Assembly: GCA_049999805.1 (NCBI GenBank)
Contig: JBNGIO010005428.1
Location: forward strand, 36,479-93,858
Length of the DNA: 57,380 nucleotides
Source of the DNA: Folioceros fuciformis
Lineage: Eukaryota
Reading direction: 5' to 3'
A program made the position numbers and the translations under genes. Of this stretch, positions 10,427-24,071 are shown in pieces. The notes beneath the pieces were generated by a model. The model saw only the letters and a list, made by a program, of their open reading frames with translations. It had not been told where the DNA came from and did no database searches. The stretch's first letter is position 1; the number at the start of each line of letters is the position of its first letter.

Positions 10427-13400
10427 ATGGTGTGGAACGACTTCCCTGTGCCGGAAGTGGCCGAAAATCCCGAAGGCTGGGGGCCGGCCGCGGGCTGCGT
10501 GCCACCGCACCTGGAGGATGTGCCCTATGCGCCTTTCAACAAGGCGGACAGGGTTGGTCGCGCCTCCGACTGGACGGCTCAGGGCTATAATAAGTACACC
10601 TCAGGTCAGCCATTCTGCCGTGCCCAGAAGGATCTGGGCTGTCAACAATAGGCGGGGCTGTAGGCTGGGCTGGGCTGGGCTGTGGGAGAGGGAGAGGGAG
10701 AAGTGAATTCTCCTGAAATTGCCGTCCGCTTCTTCTTGCTGCAACTTCACCCTAACTGGTAACTCATCATGTACTGGGGATGCCATTGCAATGCCCACAG
10801 CTGGCAGTCTTGTTGTGCAAATCGGGTGACAGGCGGCTGTGTCTGTGCAGGCAGATTTGATCGGAATAACCCCGGCTCCGCGGTCTTTAATTTCTTCCAT
10901 AACGAGGACGAGGTGGGGGAGACCCTCGCTCACGCTCTGTGCTAGCATTTTATTTCATTGCTGGCTGGCATCAACGTCGTTTCTTTGTTCCATTCTAGGA
11001 TTCTTTCCATTTAGTGGACACTCGGGCGCCGGGGCGGCCCAAGTATGGAGCTCGAAGATTCCACCAGGTGTGACACCTCCGTCTCACTGCTTATTGCTTG
11101 TCTCGAGTCCTTAGTGGTAGCAGTGGGAGTGACTCAAGGTTTGTGTTTTTCTCCACCAGCGGTTTCAAAGAGAAGAGAGGGATGAGGGCAGAAGAGATGG
11201 AGGTCGGGACAGTGGGGCGGGTGCAGACCGAGAACGCCAACGTCGTGAACGCTTGCAGCAGCAAAAGCGTGGTCAATGGAATGCCTACTGGCAGGACAAG
11301 AATGCTCCTCGAGTTGTTTACAATAGCTCGGTATGCTGCTAAGGGCTTCGTCTCAGTATTTCTTTGGGTCTTCACGTCTCTTTTCAAGTCCTCAGAGGAA
11401 TCTGCCTGAGCAGGTGGATATTCGGCCTGAGTGGACAGTCTTGGAGCAGATCCCTCTCACCTCGCTGTCCAAGCTCAGCTTCGACGTTGGCGAGCCCGAA
11501 GACATGTATTTTCCTGAGTCTCATTGAACCTTTTGCACAGCCTCCGACTGTTTTACTTTGCTTATGACTTGTAGCTTGTTGTCTTGCTGCAGAACAACGT
11601 GTGGATCATTGGAATACTACGATAAGTCCTTCGATCGCGTGACCCCGAAGGTGAGGCTGGAAGACAGGCTACAGTTCCATTTTTGTGGCTGTCTATTGCC
11701 TCTCCATGCCCTTGATTGTGAGTTTTATGTATGCCTTTTCAGACTGAGCGGCCCCTGGAACGTTGTGAGAGCCGGCAGTTTTTCAAGGTCACAACTACGG
11801 ATGATCCTGTCATTAGGTGTGTTATTTTGTATCAGGAACCTCATCGTCTGTTGCCTGGTTTGCAGAGCTAGCCTTGTGAGTTAACTCTCTTTCATCTGTG
11901 ATCCCCAGGAGGCTTTTGTTAGAGAGCGAAGACATTGGCAATGTGTTTGCAACTGATGCGATATTGTCAACAATAATGTGCTCTCCAAGATCAATGTACT
12001 CGTGGGACATTGTTGTGCAACGAGTTGGAAACAAGCTTTTCTTTGACAAAAGAGATGCTTCCTTCGATCTTCTAACTGTACGTGTCAAAGCTGGAAGGGC
12101 TTAGCACATATGTGCACCACTTCAAGGGTTTGGGTTTCGTCCTTAGATGCAATTTTTCGTCTTCACCTTTGAAGGTCAATGAAACGGCACAAGAACCAAC
12201 TCCTGATGAGAAGGAGAGCATAAACTCAGTGCATGCGCTGAGCCAGGAAGCAACTTTTATCAATCAAAATTTCTCTCAGCAAGTTCTTGCCAGGGTAAGT
12301 GAAGGTTTGTTCGTGGCTAATTGGACAGTCCACAGGCTATGGATCACCTGCTTCTCCTAGACTGGAACCCTTATCAGTTCTTCGCCTTCTTGTGCCAGGA
12401 TGGAAAGAGGCATGACTTTGATGAACCAAATCCATTCGCCTCTGAAAATGAAGAGGTGGCTTCTGTTGCATACCGGTATCGGAAGTGGAAGCTGGATGAT
12501 GTGAGCTATCTCACTTTTAACAATGCCAGTAGTGTCTGATGGGCAGAGGATGCACCCTCATCAACCTGAAATAGCATTTGCTTCAGGATTAGTGTCGGTA
12601 ACAGTTGACCATGATATGGTATTCAGTTGATTTGACACATGAATGCAGGAGACTACAGTTGTCGCCCGATGTGAAGTCCACAGTATTGCAGAGATGAAAG
12701 GGCAAGAGGTTCTTCTCACTGTTAACTCGTTGAATGAGTTCGATTCCAGAATCACAGGGGTTGATTGGCGTCAGAAGATTGAGAACCAGCGTGGAGCAGT
12801 AAGTCCTTTTAGCTGTTGTAGGCAGAGAATCAGAGATTGGCAGGTGACATGTGTTCTACTTCAGATGTTAGTGAAAGGATTGTGTGTCCTTGCAGGTATT
12901 AGCAACCGAGCTGAAGAACAACGCCAACAAGCTTGCCAAATGGACAGCACAGGCTATCCTTGCAGGTGCAGAGCAGGTAAGCACTTGCTCGAAGAGCTAC
13001 TATGGAATTAGACCTTTATCTCACGCTGATGGCAGGAATTTATGAAACTGTGGGCAGATGAAGCTGGGGTACGTTTCAAGGGTTCACCCTAAAGACAACT
13101 ACAATCATGTGCTGCTGACGGTCCAAGGCTACAAACCCAGAGAGTTTGCAGCTCAGATCAATCTGAGCGTCAATAATATGTGGGGCATTTTGAAGGTCAG
13201 TCATTTTTTTTGGTATGCAGGAGGGGTTGTTTTAGTCAAAGCCCCATACGAGATGCAGGCTGCTCTTTAATTTCTTCTCGGTGGGCAGAGTGTGGTTGAT
13301 ATCTGTATGAAGCTTGATGAAGGAAAGTATTTGCTCGTGAAAGATCCCAACAAGGCCATAATCAGGTATGCAACAAGATGGGGGATGATTGCTCTAAATT

Positions 13401-13806
13401 AGATGCCTGTTGTCTACGAATCCACATGTTGCCGTTGGAAATGTATCGTCCACCACAGTGAGCTCAACTTGCTGATCCGAAATGTGTTTCGGACTGTTGT
13501 CTATGTGCCGTTGAAATTTTGTCCATCCACTCTGAGCTCTTGTCGATACCATTTTTTTTCACCTGGCAGGCTATACTCAGTGCCCACAGACGCCTTTGAA
13601 AATGACTATGCTGAAGAGCCTTTGCCAGAGGTGAGTGTTCAGACCAGGCTGGTATTCCGCCTGAAGGATTTGCTACGGTGGAAAGATTTTCATCACAATC
13701 AGTCTGGCCTTGGTGTTTGAAACAGGATGAGCAGGCCCCGCCACCACCAGAAAAAGAGGAAACAACAGAGACTTCAGAGGAAAAGGATGCGGAGCTTGAA
13801 ATCTAG
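10427..13806 (+). CDS. eIF3d: Eukaryotic translation initiation factor 3 subunit D
   Basis: Multi-exon. Motifs [82 protein letters not shown]. Acidic C-terminus; TAG at 13804-13806. Confidence 0.96.
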
Positions 13807-14558
13807 ACACGTTAGAGTTACGAGGTCAACGAAGCATTGAAAGACACTCACAATATCGACGCTGCCGTTTCAGTGTGATTTAATGGCGTTGTGCCTCAGC
13901 AGAGCCGTGGCCCTCAGAATCGGTACCGGCCGTCACAGTAGCTACTTTCCGTGCTGCCGCCGGTACCTATTGTATTGGTAAAAGGTTTCGCTCCACGCAA
14001 GTGCGTCACTCTACTGGTTGTTAGTACTGGCGTCTTTGGGTAATTTAGCTTTGGATCTGGAAGATATCTCTGGTGGAACATGCCATGATCTGTCTTCGAA
14101 ACTGTACTTTGTGAAACGTATTTCTAAACTCACCTTCTGGGATTGATCGGCTGCATGATGGCAAGGTCGAGTACTGTATCCCACGTTAGGCACTTCGTTG
14201 TTATTGCTGGGAACGGCCTTTAACACCTGCCCCGCCAACAAAGTAACAAACCCCTAACGAACTTGTCAAGCTATTAGTTACTCCTTTCCTCTCTGTTAGC
14301 ACCGAGCGTTTCACTCAGGGACGGTGCGCAGCCTGGTAGCAAAAGAGGTGAGGAGAAGCCAAATTCACCGAAATGGTGTCTTGCCGAGAATGTGGATACG
14401 GTTGTGATATGCCATGGTTGTGAAGGTGATTGATGTGCGTCTGTTCAGGCCATACGTCTCGCAGGTCGGGTCACCGCTTGGATTTTCCGCTCCGGCAGAG
14501 TGTTTCCAGATCTGGAGAAGTTTGACATCACATCGTTGGCTTGCGTTGTGCCTCAACA

Positions 14559-16113
14559 ATGTTCAAGAGTCAGTTGCAAGAATATGCTCAAAAAGCAGCT
14601 CTGCCGCCTCCTGTGTACGAGTTTGTAAAGGAGGGAGCTCCTCACGAGCCGCGCTTCAAGGCTTCAGTCAACATCAACGGCGTGAGCTATGAGAGTCCTC
14701 CTGGTTATCCTAATCTAAAGTCTGCGGAGCACGCGGCCGCTAAAGTTGCTCTGGAGCAGCTTGTGCAAACAAGTGGCAGCAGTAAAGTCACCCCGGCACC
14801 CGTGGTATGTCGCAGACCAGTCTGAATCGTTGTTGGAAAATTGCATCGCATGTTCTGTTTTCCCTGATGCTTGGAGCCTCCATGGTGACTTGGTTTGCAG
14901 AAGATGCACTCCAAGCGCCTTTTCAGCGATGACAAGCGTCCCTTAAGACGTTCTTGCAGTCCTTACCCTCGTAATTGCTTGCAACTATCTGTAGCATGAA
15001 TCAGGACTATGCAAGAACCTCTTACAGGAGTACGCCCAGAAGTCAAGTTTGTCATTGCCCGTTTATCGGTCAATCAGGTCGGGTGAAGATCACTCACCGT
15101 CGTTTTCTGCGACCGTAGAGGTCGCTGGGGTTAAGTACAGTGGGGGTCTTGCGAAGAGTAAGAAAGAAGCTGAAATCAAGGCCGCTCGAACTGCGTTGCT
15201 TGCAATCCAAACTCAAGGACGTGAGTGGATCCCCCACTCCCAAGTTCCTGTGGTGTTCTTGCTTTTGTTCCATGCTTGTTGACGGATTGTTGTTGTCGCC
15301 TGCTTAGATCATGTGGGACCGAGACCTCTTGGCAGTGGGCAAGGTCAGACATGCTCCGCCCTTGTCCTTCCTTCTGCTAGTAGTGGCAAGAAAAGAGGCA
15401 GACAAGCAAGTCAAGTTGGTGATGATTCTGCAATGGAGAGAAAGGAGCAACGGCTCATTATGCCAGTTCCAGCTGCAAACAACGGCCCAAGTAACGGGAA
15501 GGTAGTGCAGAAACAGTTGGAGAGCGAGCAGAACCTAGATGCCAGGGTCGATGGTGGCCAAGATGAAGAGGGCCTTCTTCCGGGTGATTCGTCTCAGCAG
15601 TTCAGCCAGGAATTGCTTGGTCCTGAAGCTGGCTCCAGCCAGGAGTCGTGCCCCACCCAAGAGCAGCAGATTGTTAAGGTAGATGCCTTTGCCCAGAAGG
15701 TGTCCTATGCTGTCCCAATCCTCCCGCTATCGGTGTCCTTGCGGTCTCCGCTACCTCTTCATGTGCAGGCTTCCAATAACTCCTTGCTGTCGGGTCTGCG
15801 ACAAGTCCCTGGGAGAAGTCCTGCAATTCGTAGTCCCTACGATTATACAGTTCCCAGTTATTTGCCATCGACTGTGGAGCATTTGCATGGGAGGAGACAA
15901 TCAGGGTCTCAACATATTTGCTCGTCACAGCAGGATTTGCCGGAGTACTGTTTCCCTGAACCTCAGGGTTATGGTCTTATCCAGGATTATGTTCGGACAG
16001 CCGAGCTGGCTCATTTGGTTCCACAATTACAACCACGGTTGCATGAAGTACACAGCAATCAACAGGAGGGTCGGCAAACTTCACCGCAGTTGCAGGGAAC
16101 AAAGTTGGCGTAA
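14559..16113 (+). CDS. HYL1: Double-stranded RNA-binding protein HYL1/DRB1-like (2 dsRBM plus long low-complexity tail)
   Basis: Exons 14559-14804 (MFKSQLQEYAQK..GAPHEPRFKASV), 14995-15220 (HESGLCKNLLQEYAQK, the typical HYL1 dsRBM2 start) and 15308-16113. The tail could contain unrecognised introns. Confidence 0.88.
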
Positions 16114-17601
16114 GCAGAACAGTTTTATTTGCCTGCTGGGAGTGTCTCGTGTGAGTGGAGGAGCAGTTATGTTCCCATTCCACCTTCAGATGTGTGGAGA
16201 AGGGCTGTTGGTTTTCAAACACAACAGGATGTATTGTAGAATCGATCTCGGGTTCGTAGGGTAGGTCTAGCTTCTAGAGCAATCAAAGTAAGAAAAGAAG
16301 ACTGCTGACAGTTGCCGTTGTGCCTTCGACGGAAATCGTGCGGTTATTGTGCGCAAAACAATTTCAGGAAACACTTGTAGTGATTTATTTTTGGATATGA
16401 ACAAGTGAGTGCACCGGAACCTGAGTTCGAGAATGGCCAACCTCGATCAATCGTCCTCTTCGTTTGAGCGTGGTCTTTTAACGAGCGTGGGCCGGATCTT
16501 GTCCCTGTAACAACCCTATGATAGGCCGGTCTTTTAACTCCTGGGTGGTCGACCAAAGGGCCCGGCACTTAACAGGGGTTTCGTGAAAAAAGATCCCAAT
16601 TTGAAAAATATCCGAGGTACACGTGTCCTGTCTTCGCATATTACGTGGAGCAAAGATGGATCAAGATTCGACGAAAGAGGCAACAGCCAGAGAGAGGCCA
16701 GGTAAGAGAATTGCCAGCCTTTGTGTACTGTACTTGTCAAAGCCATTTATCGGCTGAAACGAAATGTGCCATTTCGCTATGCACCCTCCCATCTATGCGA
16801 CGGGCGTATTGCCACGAAGGCTCTTCACTACTGAGTGAACACTCAGGCCTGCCCTTCCCATGCCCTTTGCACAACAACGCCTCCGTTCAGGCGTCCCGTG
16901 TTCAAGAAGGAAGATGGACGGCCTGCAACCATTTCAGCTGCAGACGTCTTACTCTGACCGCGGCACACCCTCCTGCACCCCCCTTGAAAGTGCAACTACC
17001 ATAATCTTCTACAGGGCGGCGCAGCAAAATGCCAGAGCACTTGCCACCTCGTACATTATGGGGTTCAGCCACAAGGAATGGACATCCGCTCCGTCCTCTC
17101 TCGCATGACCTGGTCACACCGCCAAGGCCAAAACCATTTCGCCATCGGTGGTGCCTGGTGGAGCTGGCATTAGTCCTTGATTCCACTCGCGCAGGACGGA
17201 CAGGAGGGATGAGGACCAAGCTAACGGCTTCAGTCATGAGGACAACCGTCCTCTCCGCGAGATATGACGCGATTGGCGACCACCTGCCGCGCCGCACCAG
17301 GCAAGTGTTCTAGCGGTACCACAAGAAGAGAGCCGGGAAGAGTCACATATTGCAATGCACAGTAGGTGTTTCGACTCCGCGATTCCGCGTGACAGTATTT
17401 TGGTTCCAGCATAGGTTTGGGCAATTTTGCAATTATTGATGGAACAAGACAAGCCAGGCCCCGCTGAACACAGCCCCTTGGGAAAGAGTGTGCCACGCCT
17501 TCGATTTATAATTGGACCGGAGGGGAGGGGGAAAAAAAAAAAAAACCCCCTTCCACATTGCTTTCCCCAACAACATGCCGGGATGGCCGGTCGGTAAGGA
17601 G

Positions 17602-20600
17602 TTAACGATCAAGGTCCTGTTCATCTGAAGACCCGGAACCTAAACTAGACGAGGAACTTGATTTTTCCTCGACCGCAAGCTGCTCCAAATCTGCAGACGA
17701 GGTTGCGTTGCTGGCTAGCTCCTTCAAGTCTTGGAATGAGGTCGTTTGACTCGGCCCCTGCAATTGTCTTCGTACAAGATTTGCATAGATACCTTCACTC
17801 CTAAGCAGCTCCTCATGCGTTCCACTCTCGGCAATTATGCCATCAGCTACCACCGCTACCGTGTCGGCACCTTGGACTGTCGACAGCCGATGTGCTATAA
17901 CCAGCACCGTCCTTCCTATCATCAAACGATCCATGGCATCTTGCACCAGGTACTCACTCTCGGCGTCCAAAGCACTCGTGGCCTCATCCAGCAGCAAGAC
18001 ACCGGGATCCATGAGCAATGCCCTCGCTATGGCTATTCTCTGCTTCTGACCTCCAGACAATCTGACTCCACGCTCACCAACATGCGTCTCATATCCAGAT
18101 GGAAACTTGGACACAAACTCGTGTGCATTCGCCATCACCTGTCAACCACCACATCGTTTTCAAACATCCAGATATGGAAAAGCAAACTCTAAAAATCAAA
18201 CTACTAGGACCACAACGTGGTGAACAGCTTACGGAGACGCGCTCAATATCAGCCTGGCTGACGGCTTTCCCTACGCCGTACGATATGTTCTCGGCAATGG
18301 AGCAATTGAACAACACTGGCTCTTGACTAACAATGCTGATCTGTCCGAAAAAAAACACCACCATTCTGGGTCACGTATAACAGACGCTGCTCAACTGCAT
18401 AAGCAAGTTTTGCAACACCTTCTCAGTATATACCTTTCTGTGCAGGTGTTTGTGATCTATTTCGGTCAGAGGAACACCGTTCAACAGCACGACACCCTTC
18501 TGTGGGTCATAGAACCGTTCCACTAAATTTGCTATAGTTGTCTGCACAAACGAACACAAAACCAAAACCCGTCAAAGGCCACAGTAACATCCCATGAATT
18601 ATGCAACAATGAGGATACACACCTTTCCTCCTCCGCTGGGACCTACTAATGCCACCTTCTCTCCGGGTCTCAACTTCAAAGACACTCCCTGTGAGGGAAA
18701 TAGGTCACTCAATAACCAGTTGTGAGGAGGAGCGCAAAGACCGCAGCGCTGGGTTTCACATGGGGGGTTGCTTTGCATAATCACTTCCCCTACCTTCTGC
18801 GAGAGGACGTACCTTAAGGACCCAATCGGATGGGCGTGAAGGATAAGCAAACCACACATCTTCAAGCCGTACCTCCCCTTGAGAACTGGCCCTGAATCGC
18901 CAAATTTCCCTCCCCTTGAAACCCAAATGCTCAAAGCCCAACCTCTCAGAGCGCCGAAATGTACAAAAAACTACACTCACCCAAACACATGCTTGTCGCC
19001 AGACGGAGGCATTGTGGATACACGATCCAAGAGTTGAAAGACACGTCGACTGGCACCAGCTGCCTTCATTGCCGTGGTGTATAGTCCAAACAAAGATGCA
19101 AGAGACATCCCAACTGAGAGGGGAAGCAACCCGAGACAATTAGAAAACAGACTGCAGATCTCCCGACATCACTTTCATGGGAAGATTTAGATAAGCCCAC
19201 TAACCTGTAAGGCTGTACAAAATAAAGGAGACAAGAGTGCCACTTGTCATTTGTCCACTGATTGTTAAATGGGCTCCATACAAGACAACACAAACAATTG
19301 AAAGTGTGGCAGCAGCACTGACGCCACCAGCAAACAGCGCTCCAAGTAACTGTCCGAGAAAAGAAAATAGATGCCACCATGACACAGAGTTATGAAAGGA
19401 AAAACAATTAAGACATCAAACGCATACAGAAATGCTTAGGTAGTAGATGGTGCATACAGCCTGTTGAAGCCCCAACTTCAAACAATCATCCACCTTTTCA
19501 CCATGTCGATCATACTCAAAATCCTCTTGAGCAAAGGACCTTACTGTGCGGATGGAGCCAAAGGATTCCTGCAAGTTTGAAGGTCAGTTTTGCTAACAGG
19601 TGAACACAATGGATGCACTTCGAACTGGGAGCGTTCAAAATAGTCTCTGACAGAACCTCAGCAATGGACGAAGCAACAGCAGCAGCAGCTTGTGTTTTGT
19701 GGGACAGCTCGCGGAGATATCGACCAAAAGCCCGTGCACCAAGTGAAATGGCAGGAACAATCAAAATGGCAAGTGCTACATGCACAATAACAAAAACAAC
19801 AGAACATAAATCTATTTGGACTGTTAGCACGAGAAAGGAAAGCTCAGTCCTTGAAGGAACTTACAGCTAAGTTTCCACGAAGTACTAAACATGAACCCCA
19901 GCCCAATGAGTGAAGTAGCAAGGCTCCTCAGTGCCTCGGACAAGTTCAGCGTCGAAGCATTTTTTATTACTTGGGTATCCTCAGAAAGTCGACTGAGAAG
20001 CTCTCCTGTCCTGGTGACATCAAAGAATGCGATTTCCTGTTTCCAAACAGTCAGTTTTCACCAATCTGTGATTTTCCACAGAAGTGCTCGTAAGCAATAA
20101 GCTGTTAAGTTGACACGAGGGCTTACGCACCTGTGTAACCAGATGTCTAAATAGATCCTTTTTCAATCTCGCAACAACCCGCTCAGCTGCTGAAGTAAAC
20201 AGATATGACCGGAAAAATGTGGCTACTGACCTGACAACAATCAGCCCAACAACATGCAAAGACAATGATAAGTACAGAAGCCAGGTGAGAACTTGTAAAC
20301 CCGAAAATCCTGATAAAGTGAACAACAGAGCTGCAACGAAAGTCACAGAAGTTACCCAACAAGAATAACAACAACAATCTCGACAATGGTCCCATGAACT
20401 TCAGCCAGGGCTTTAGCCCGTCCTTCTTCTGTATCTGCATGTGTTGTGACTACATCTAGCACCCTCCCTGCGAACGTGGGCTGCCAATTTGACCTGCTCA
20501 TTAGTATAGTGCCTTTTAGTATGTCCATTACGACCAAGGAATGGAATCAACCAAGCAAAAGAAATGGTGTGTATAAATCCTACCATCAAGATATTGGATA

Positions 20601-21259
20601 ACGAAGAGATTAGAAGTGCAACGGTTGCAAAAACGAGAGTTACGATTTCTGGTCTCGCCTGTCATCACAGTGCAGCAAATGTTTGCAATCTCAACAAGAA
20701 CGGCATTCAAAAAGTCACACAGAAAACTTGAGGCGGAGAGGGATAGAAATTTTTTATTTTATTTTTAAACATAGCAGCTTACCAACTTCAAAATGCGCCA
20801 ATAGCCAACATTCTCGGCCTGCAGCAATGATTAACCCAATTGGAGTCACACATACACTACAGCACACCCTACGCAGTGATAATTGAGGCAAGATAAGCTG
20901 GACCCTTCATTCTAAGACGAAGAAGAGAGAATCACAAAGACGTTCGACCAATGAACCGAAATTGGGACGCATTACCTTATAAGCATCCCCAATTTCAAGG
21001 TCTGATGGGCCGGCATTAGACTCAGGCTGCCCACCATTCTCACCCGAATCCGTCTGCAAAGCCAGACGCCCACGTCAACAGACTAATATGGACTGTGAGG
21101 AGCCTCTTCCCAACGACCACCAGCTCCTACGACTTCAGATCGAAATCAACACGTCAGGAAAAAGATGAGCAAGGGTAGGAAACAACTAACAGGAAACTTC
21201 CTGTTCGTAGGTAGCAACGGCATCCGCTCACTGGACTCAAACAAGCGCCCGCGGCCCAT
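17602..21259 (-). CDS. TAP2: ABC transporter B family half transporter (TAP2/ALS1; ABCB27-like)
   Basis: Many short exons. TMD segments ([68 protein letters not shown]), Walker A GPSGGGK, signature [14 protein letters not shown], Walker [12 protein letters not shown]. The 5' start (MGRGRLFES at 21259) is tentative because I could not join it cleanly to the next exon. Confidence 0.92.
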
Positions 21260-21911
21260 GGCGACCTCAGGGCCAATTCTCCGACTGATACGAATGCCAA
21301 CCACCACTTAGGGCGAATCAGTCGGTGTTTGGCGCAGCACACCGCGATCCTGCACAATTCGGACTTCTGCAAATCCCATACTGAAATAGGATGTAGCAAC
21401 CCATAATTTGCGATGTGCATACGCAGCTGCATTCTCAAGCCGCGTGCTCACTAACCGGTCAAGCCTGGAATTTGACGTCTTCGACGTGGCTTCGTTTGTA
21501 TGAAACTGTCCCCTTCCGCGTGTCAGTTGCCCTGTTTCTCTTGTTGTTCAAATTCCTAAGTTCCTGATGTTATTCAAGCAATCAATAAGGCCGAGGTAAG
21601 GCGCCTCCCCACCTAAGCTCACCTACTTTTCCAGCTGCCGAATGCATGGTATACCGATGTCATCGCCGGCAAGACCGGCACTTCGTTTTCGCCTTGGGTA
21701 TTTCGGAGAATATGAACTAGCATCTTTCCTTCCTTAGTAGCCACATTGTATACATATTATAGTCTTCTCAATATGTATACTCTTCTCACAGTAGGATGAT
21801 ATAAACTTTCCTATTGAGTTTGTGTCTTTCTCAACACTCTTATTTTTAGTAGGTACACACTTGTTTATGTGTACCTTACGGACAGGGATTTTTGAATGTA
21901 GTATACCAAGG

Positions 21912-22062
21912 TTTATCTTGCACCTAGGGTCTAGGGTCCTTATGGTCAATTTATCTTGCACCTAGGGTCTAGGGTCCTTTTGATCAACTTACCTTACATT
22001 TAGTGTCTAAGGTTTTTGTGATCAACTTACCACGCATCTAGGGTATAGGGTCCTTGCCATCA
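21912..22062. repeat. Degenerate tandem repeat, ~38-bp unit x4
   Basis: tttatcttgcacctagggtctagggtcctt at 21912 and 21950; diverged tgatcaacttacc copies at 21981 and 22019. Confidence 0.8.
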
Positions 22063-22220
22063 ATAAGGCATAGAGCTACATCAGTGTTTGTCTTCACTAC
22101 AGTCAAACCTATTTATGAAATGCTTTAGGAGCATTCAAACTCTTCAAACCACGATAACCATGATTTGCAAAGTAGAACCCCTTCTTCATAAGGAAAAGCA
22201 ACACAAGCTACCTATACCCA

Positions 22221-22240
22221 TAAACCCTAAACCCTAAACC
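22221..22240 (+). repeat. Short interstitial plant telomeric repeat (CCCTAAA)n
   Basis: taaaccctaaaccctaaacc. Confidence 0.6.
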
Positions 22241-23590
22241 CATACCAACCTAAGCAATCCATTGCTAAAATGAAGATAGTTAGAAATTGATTCACTCTTG
22301 CAACTACATTCTACTATGGAACATCTCTATTTTTGAGACCTCCCTAAACTTACCTCTAGGACTAAGCATCCTTACACCAATTGATTAAGTGTCCATGAGG
22401 CAACCTCTACATTTGCTACACATTAATGCATGCTTACCACCAACTTCTCTAGCTCTCCCTAGTGCATACCAACCTTCACGAAGACTATCATTTCCCATCA
22501 TAAACCCCCTCCCCCCTCACTCCCTCCAATGTTGTTGTCCCCGCTGATGTCTAATATCCAAGATACATATGTCTTGGCTTCACCACCCTCTTAGCTCCTC
22601 TTGTTCATCGTGTTCTTCACGATTATCATCCAACACAATATGGTCTCTCATTCCACTTCCCAAGTTGGGACAAGACCGGTGGTAGAGGAGGGGAGCAAGG
22701 CAAGAGGAAGATCGGGCAGAGAAGGAGAATCGGTAGGCATATGTCTTGTCAAAAAAAAAAAAAAAACACCAAGTCTTGCCCTTGGCGCGGGGATGTTTAA
22801 ACATTTTATCGTCTATAACTGTGCTATGATGAGCAAGTAGATGTAGAATCTGTCCCTTGGCTTGTTGATTGATTAGGTTAGAATGCATAGGTGTAAGACA
22901 AATCTAAGGTAGAAATGTAGCTATAGGGCTGATGCCTCTCGAGTACTCATGTAGCAACACCAAAGATGTTGAACTTTGGTTGTTTTGGTAAAGTTGTTGT
23001 ACCTACGATTTTGGTAGAGAGTCCACAAATGCAAAAGCTGCTATTTTCATTTCATTGCCCTAATACTTTTCAATCGTTAGATTGTAAGCCTTGTTTCATG
23101 AATTTGTCGTGAGACATAAGATCATCACATTGGAGCATGAGAAAGCCATGTCTAATGAGATTGTGGAGGCATAAGATCATTATGATGGAGCAAGATTCTT
23201 GTATGCTATGCTGAATTTTAGAAAGATGTGTGCGTGTGCACAAGAGAAACAAGTTAAAAAACAAGTAAAAACCCTAGAGAAAAAGTTTCTTTCGACCCAT
23301 TGGTCCACAAGTTATCAAGATGGTGTTGGCAGAAAAGAAAAATAGGTCCAATAGTGAGTAGATACTAGAGCATACTCTAAAGTGAAACAATGAAACAATC
23401 AATATTATCTCATCATGATAACATATTACAATATCCGTTCCACCTACCTACAGACACACCATTCCACGTACAAACGCACTCTAGGAGTTATTTCAAGATA
23501 GGCAGCATACTTTGCGTTCCTTTATTTTGTGAGTTATTTTTCTTTCCTTTCTCTCGTCAAAACTTCATCGGCAAAGCAAAGACGAAGACG

Positions 23591-23663
23591 TAGCCCCAGC
23601 GAGGATCGAACTCGCGACCTTCTGCGTGTAAAGCAGACGTGATAACCACTACACCATAGAACT
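23591..23663 (-). tRNA. tRNA-Val(UAC)
   Basis: Minus strand reads AGTTCTATGGTGTAGTGGTTATCACGTCTGCTTTACACGCAGAAGGTCGCGAGTTCGATCCTCGCTGGGGCTA (73 nt). Anticodon arm TCTGC-TTTACAC-GCAGA; T arm GCGAG-TTCGATC-CTCGC; intact A and B boxes. Confidence 0.93.
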
Positions 23664-24071
23664 GCTGGTAATACTACTAGTTAGAAATACACCTAATAAA
23701 AAACAAAGGTCATCTGTACGTTTCGTTTTAGCAGCGCGAGCTCGCGATACAGCTATGCTTTTTTTACTCCACCTGGCACAAGCTAAAACAAAAAGGACAA
23801 GCGGGAGGATTGGTAGGAGAGTGGTGGTGCAAAGCCAGGTCGTTTTTCCACGGGCCTGATGATGCTTCTGCCGTCCGGTCAATCTGCCAGCATTGTGAGC
23901 TGGTGGTGCGGCCTGCCTTAGCCCGGCCTGGGCTACCTGAGCTGTGGCGGAACCTGCAGGCCTCGTGGGGATTGCTTGCAGACATGACACATTTTGCTGC
24001 ACCATTCCGCTCAGCTTACTTGTGATCAGGGGGAAGAGGAGACCGGAAGAGAGCGAGACGTCGAGGAGGGG

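Noticed and set aside
13383-13478. Possible C/D snoRNA in an eIF3d intron (ATGATTG...CTGA; TGAGCTCAAC resembles LSU antisense)
   Set aside because: The C box is non-canonical and the recalled pairing stops 3 nt short of box D; too weak without a search.
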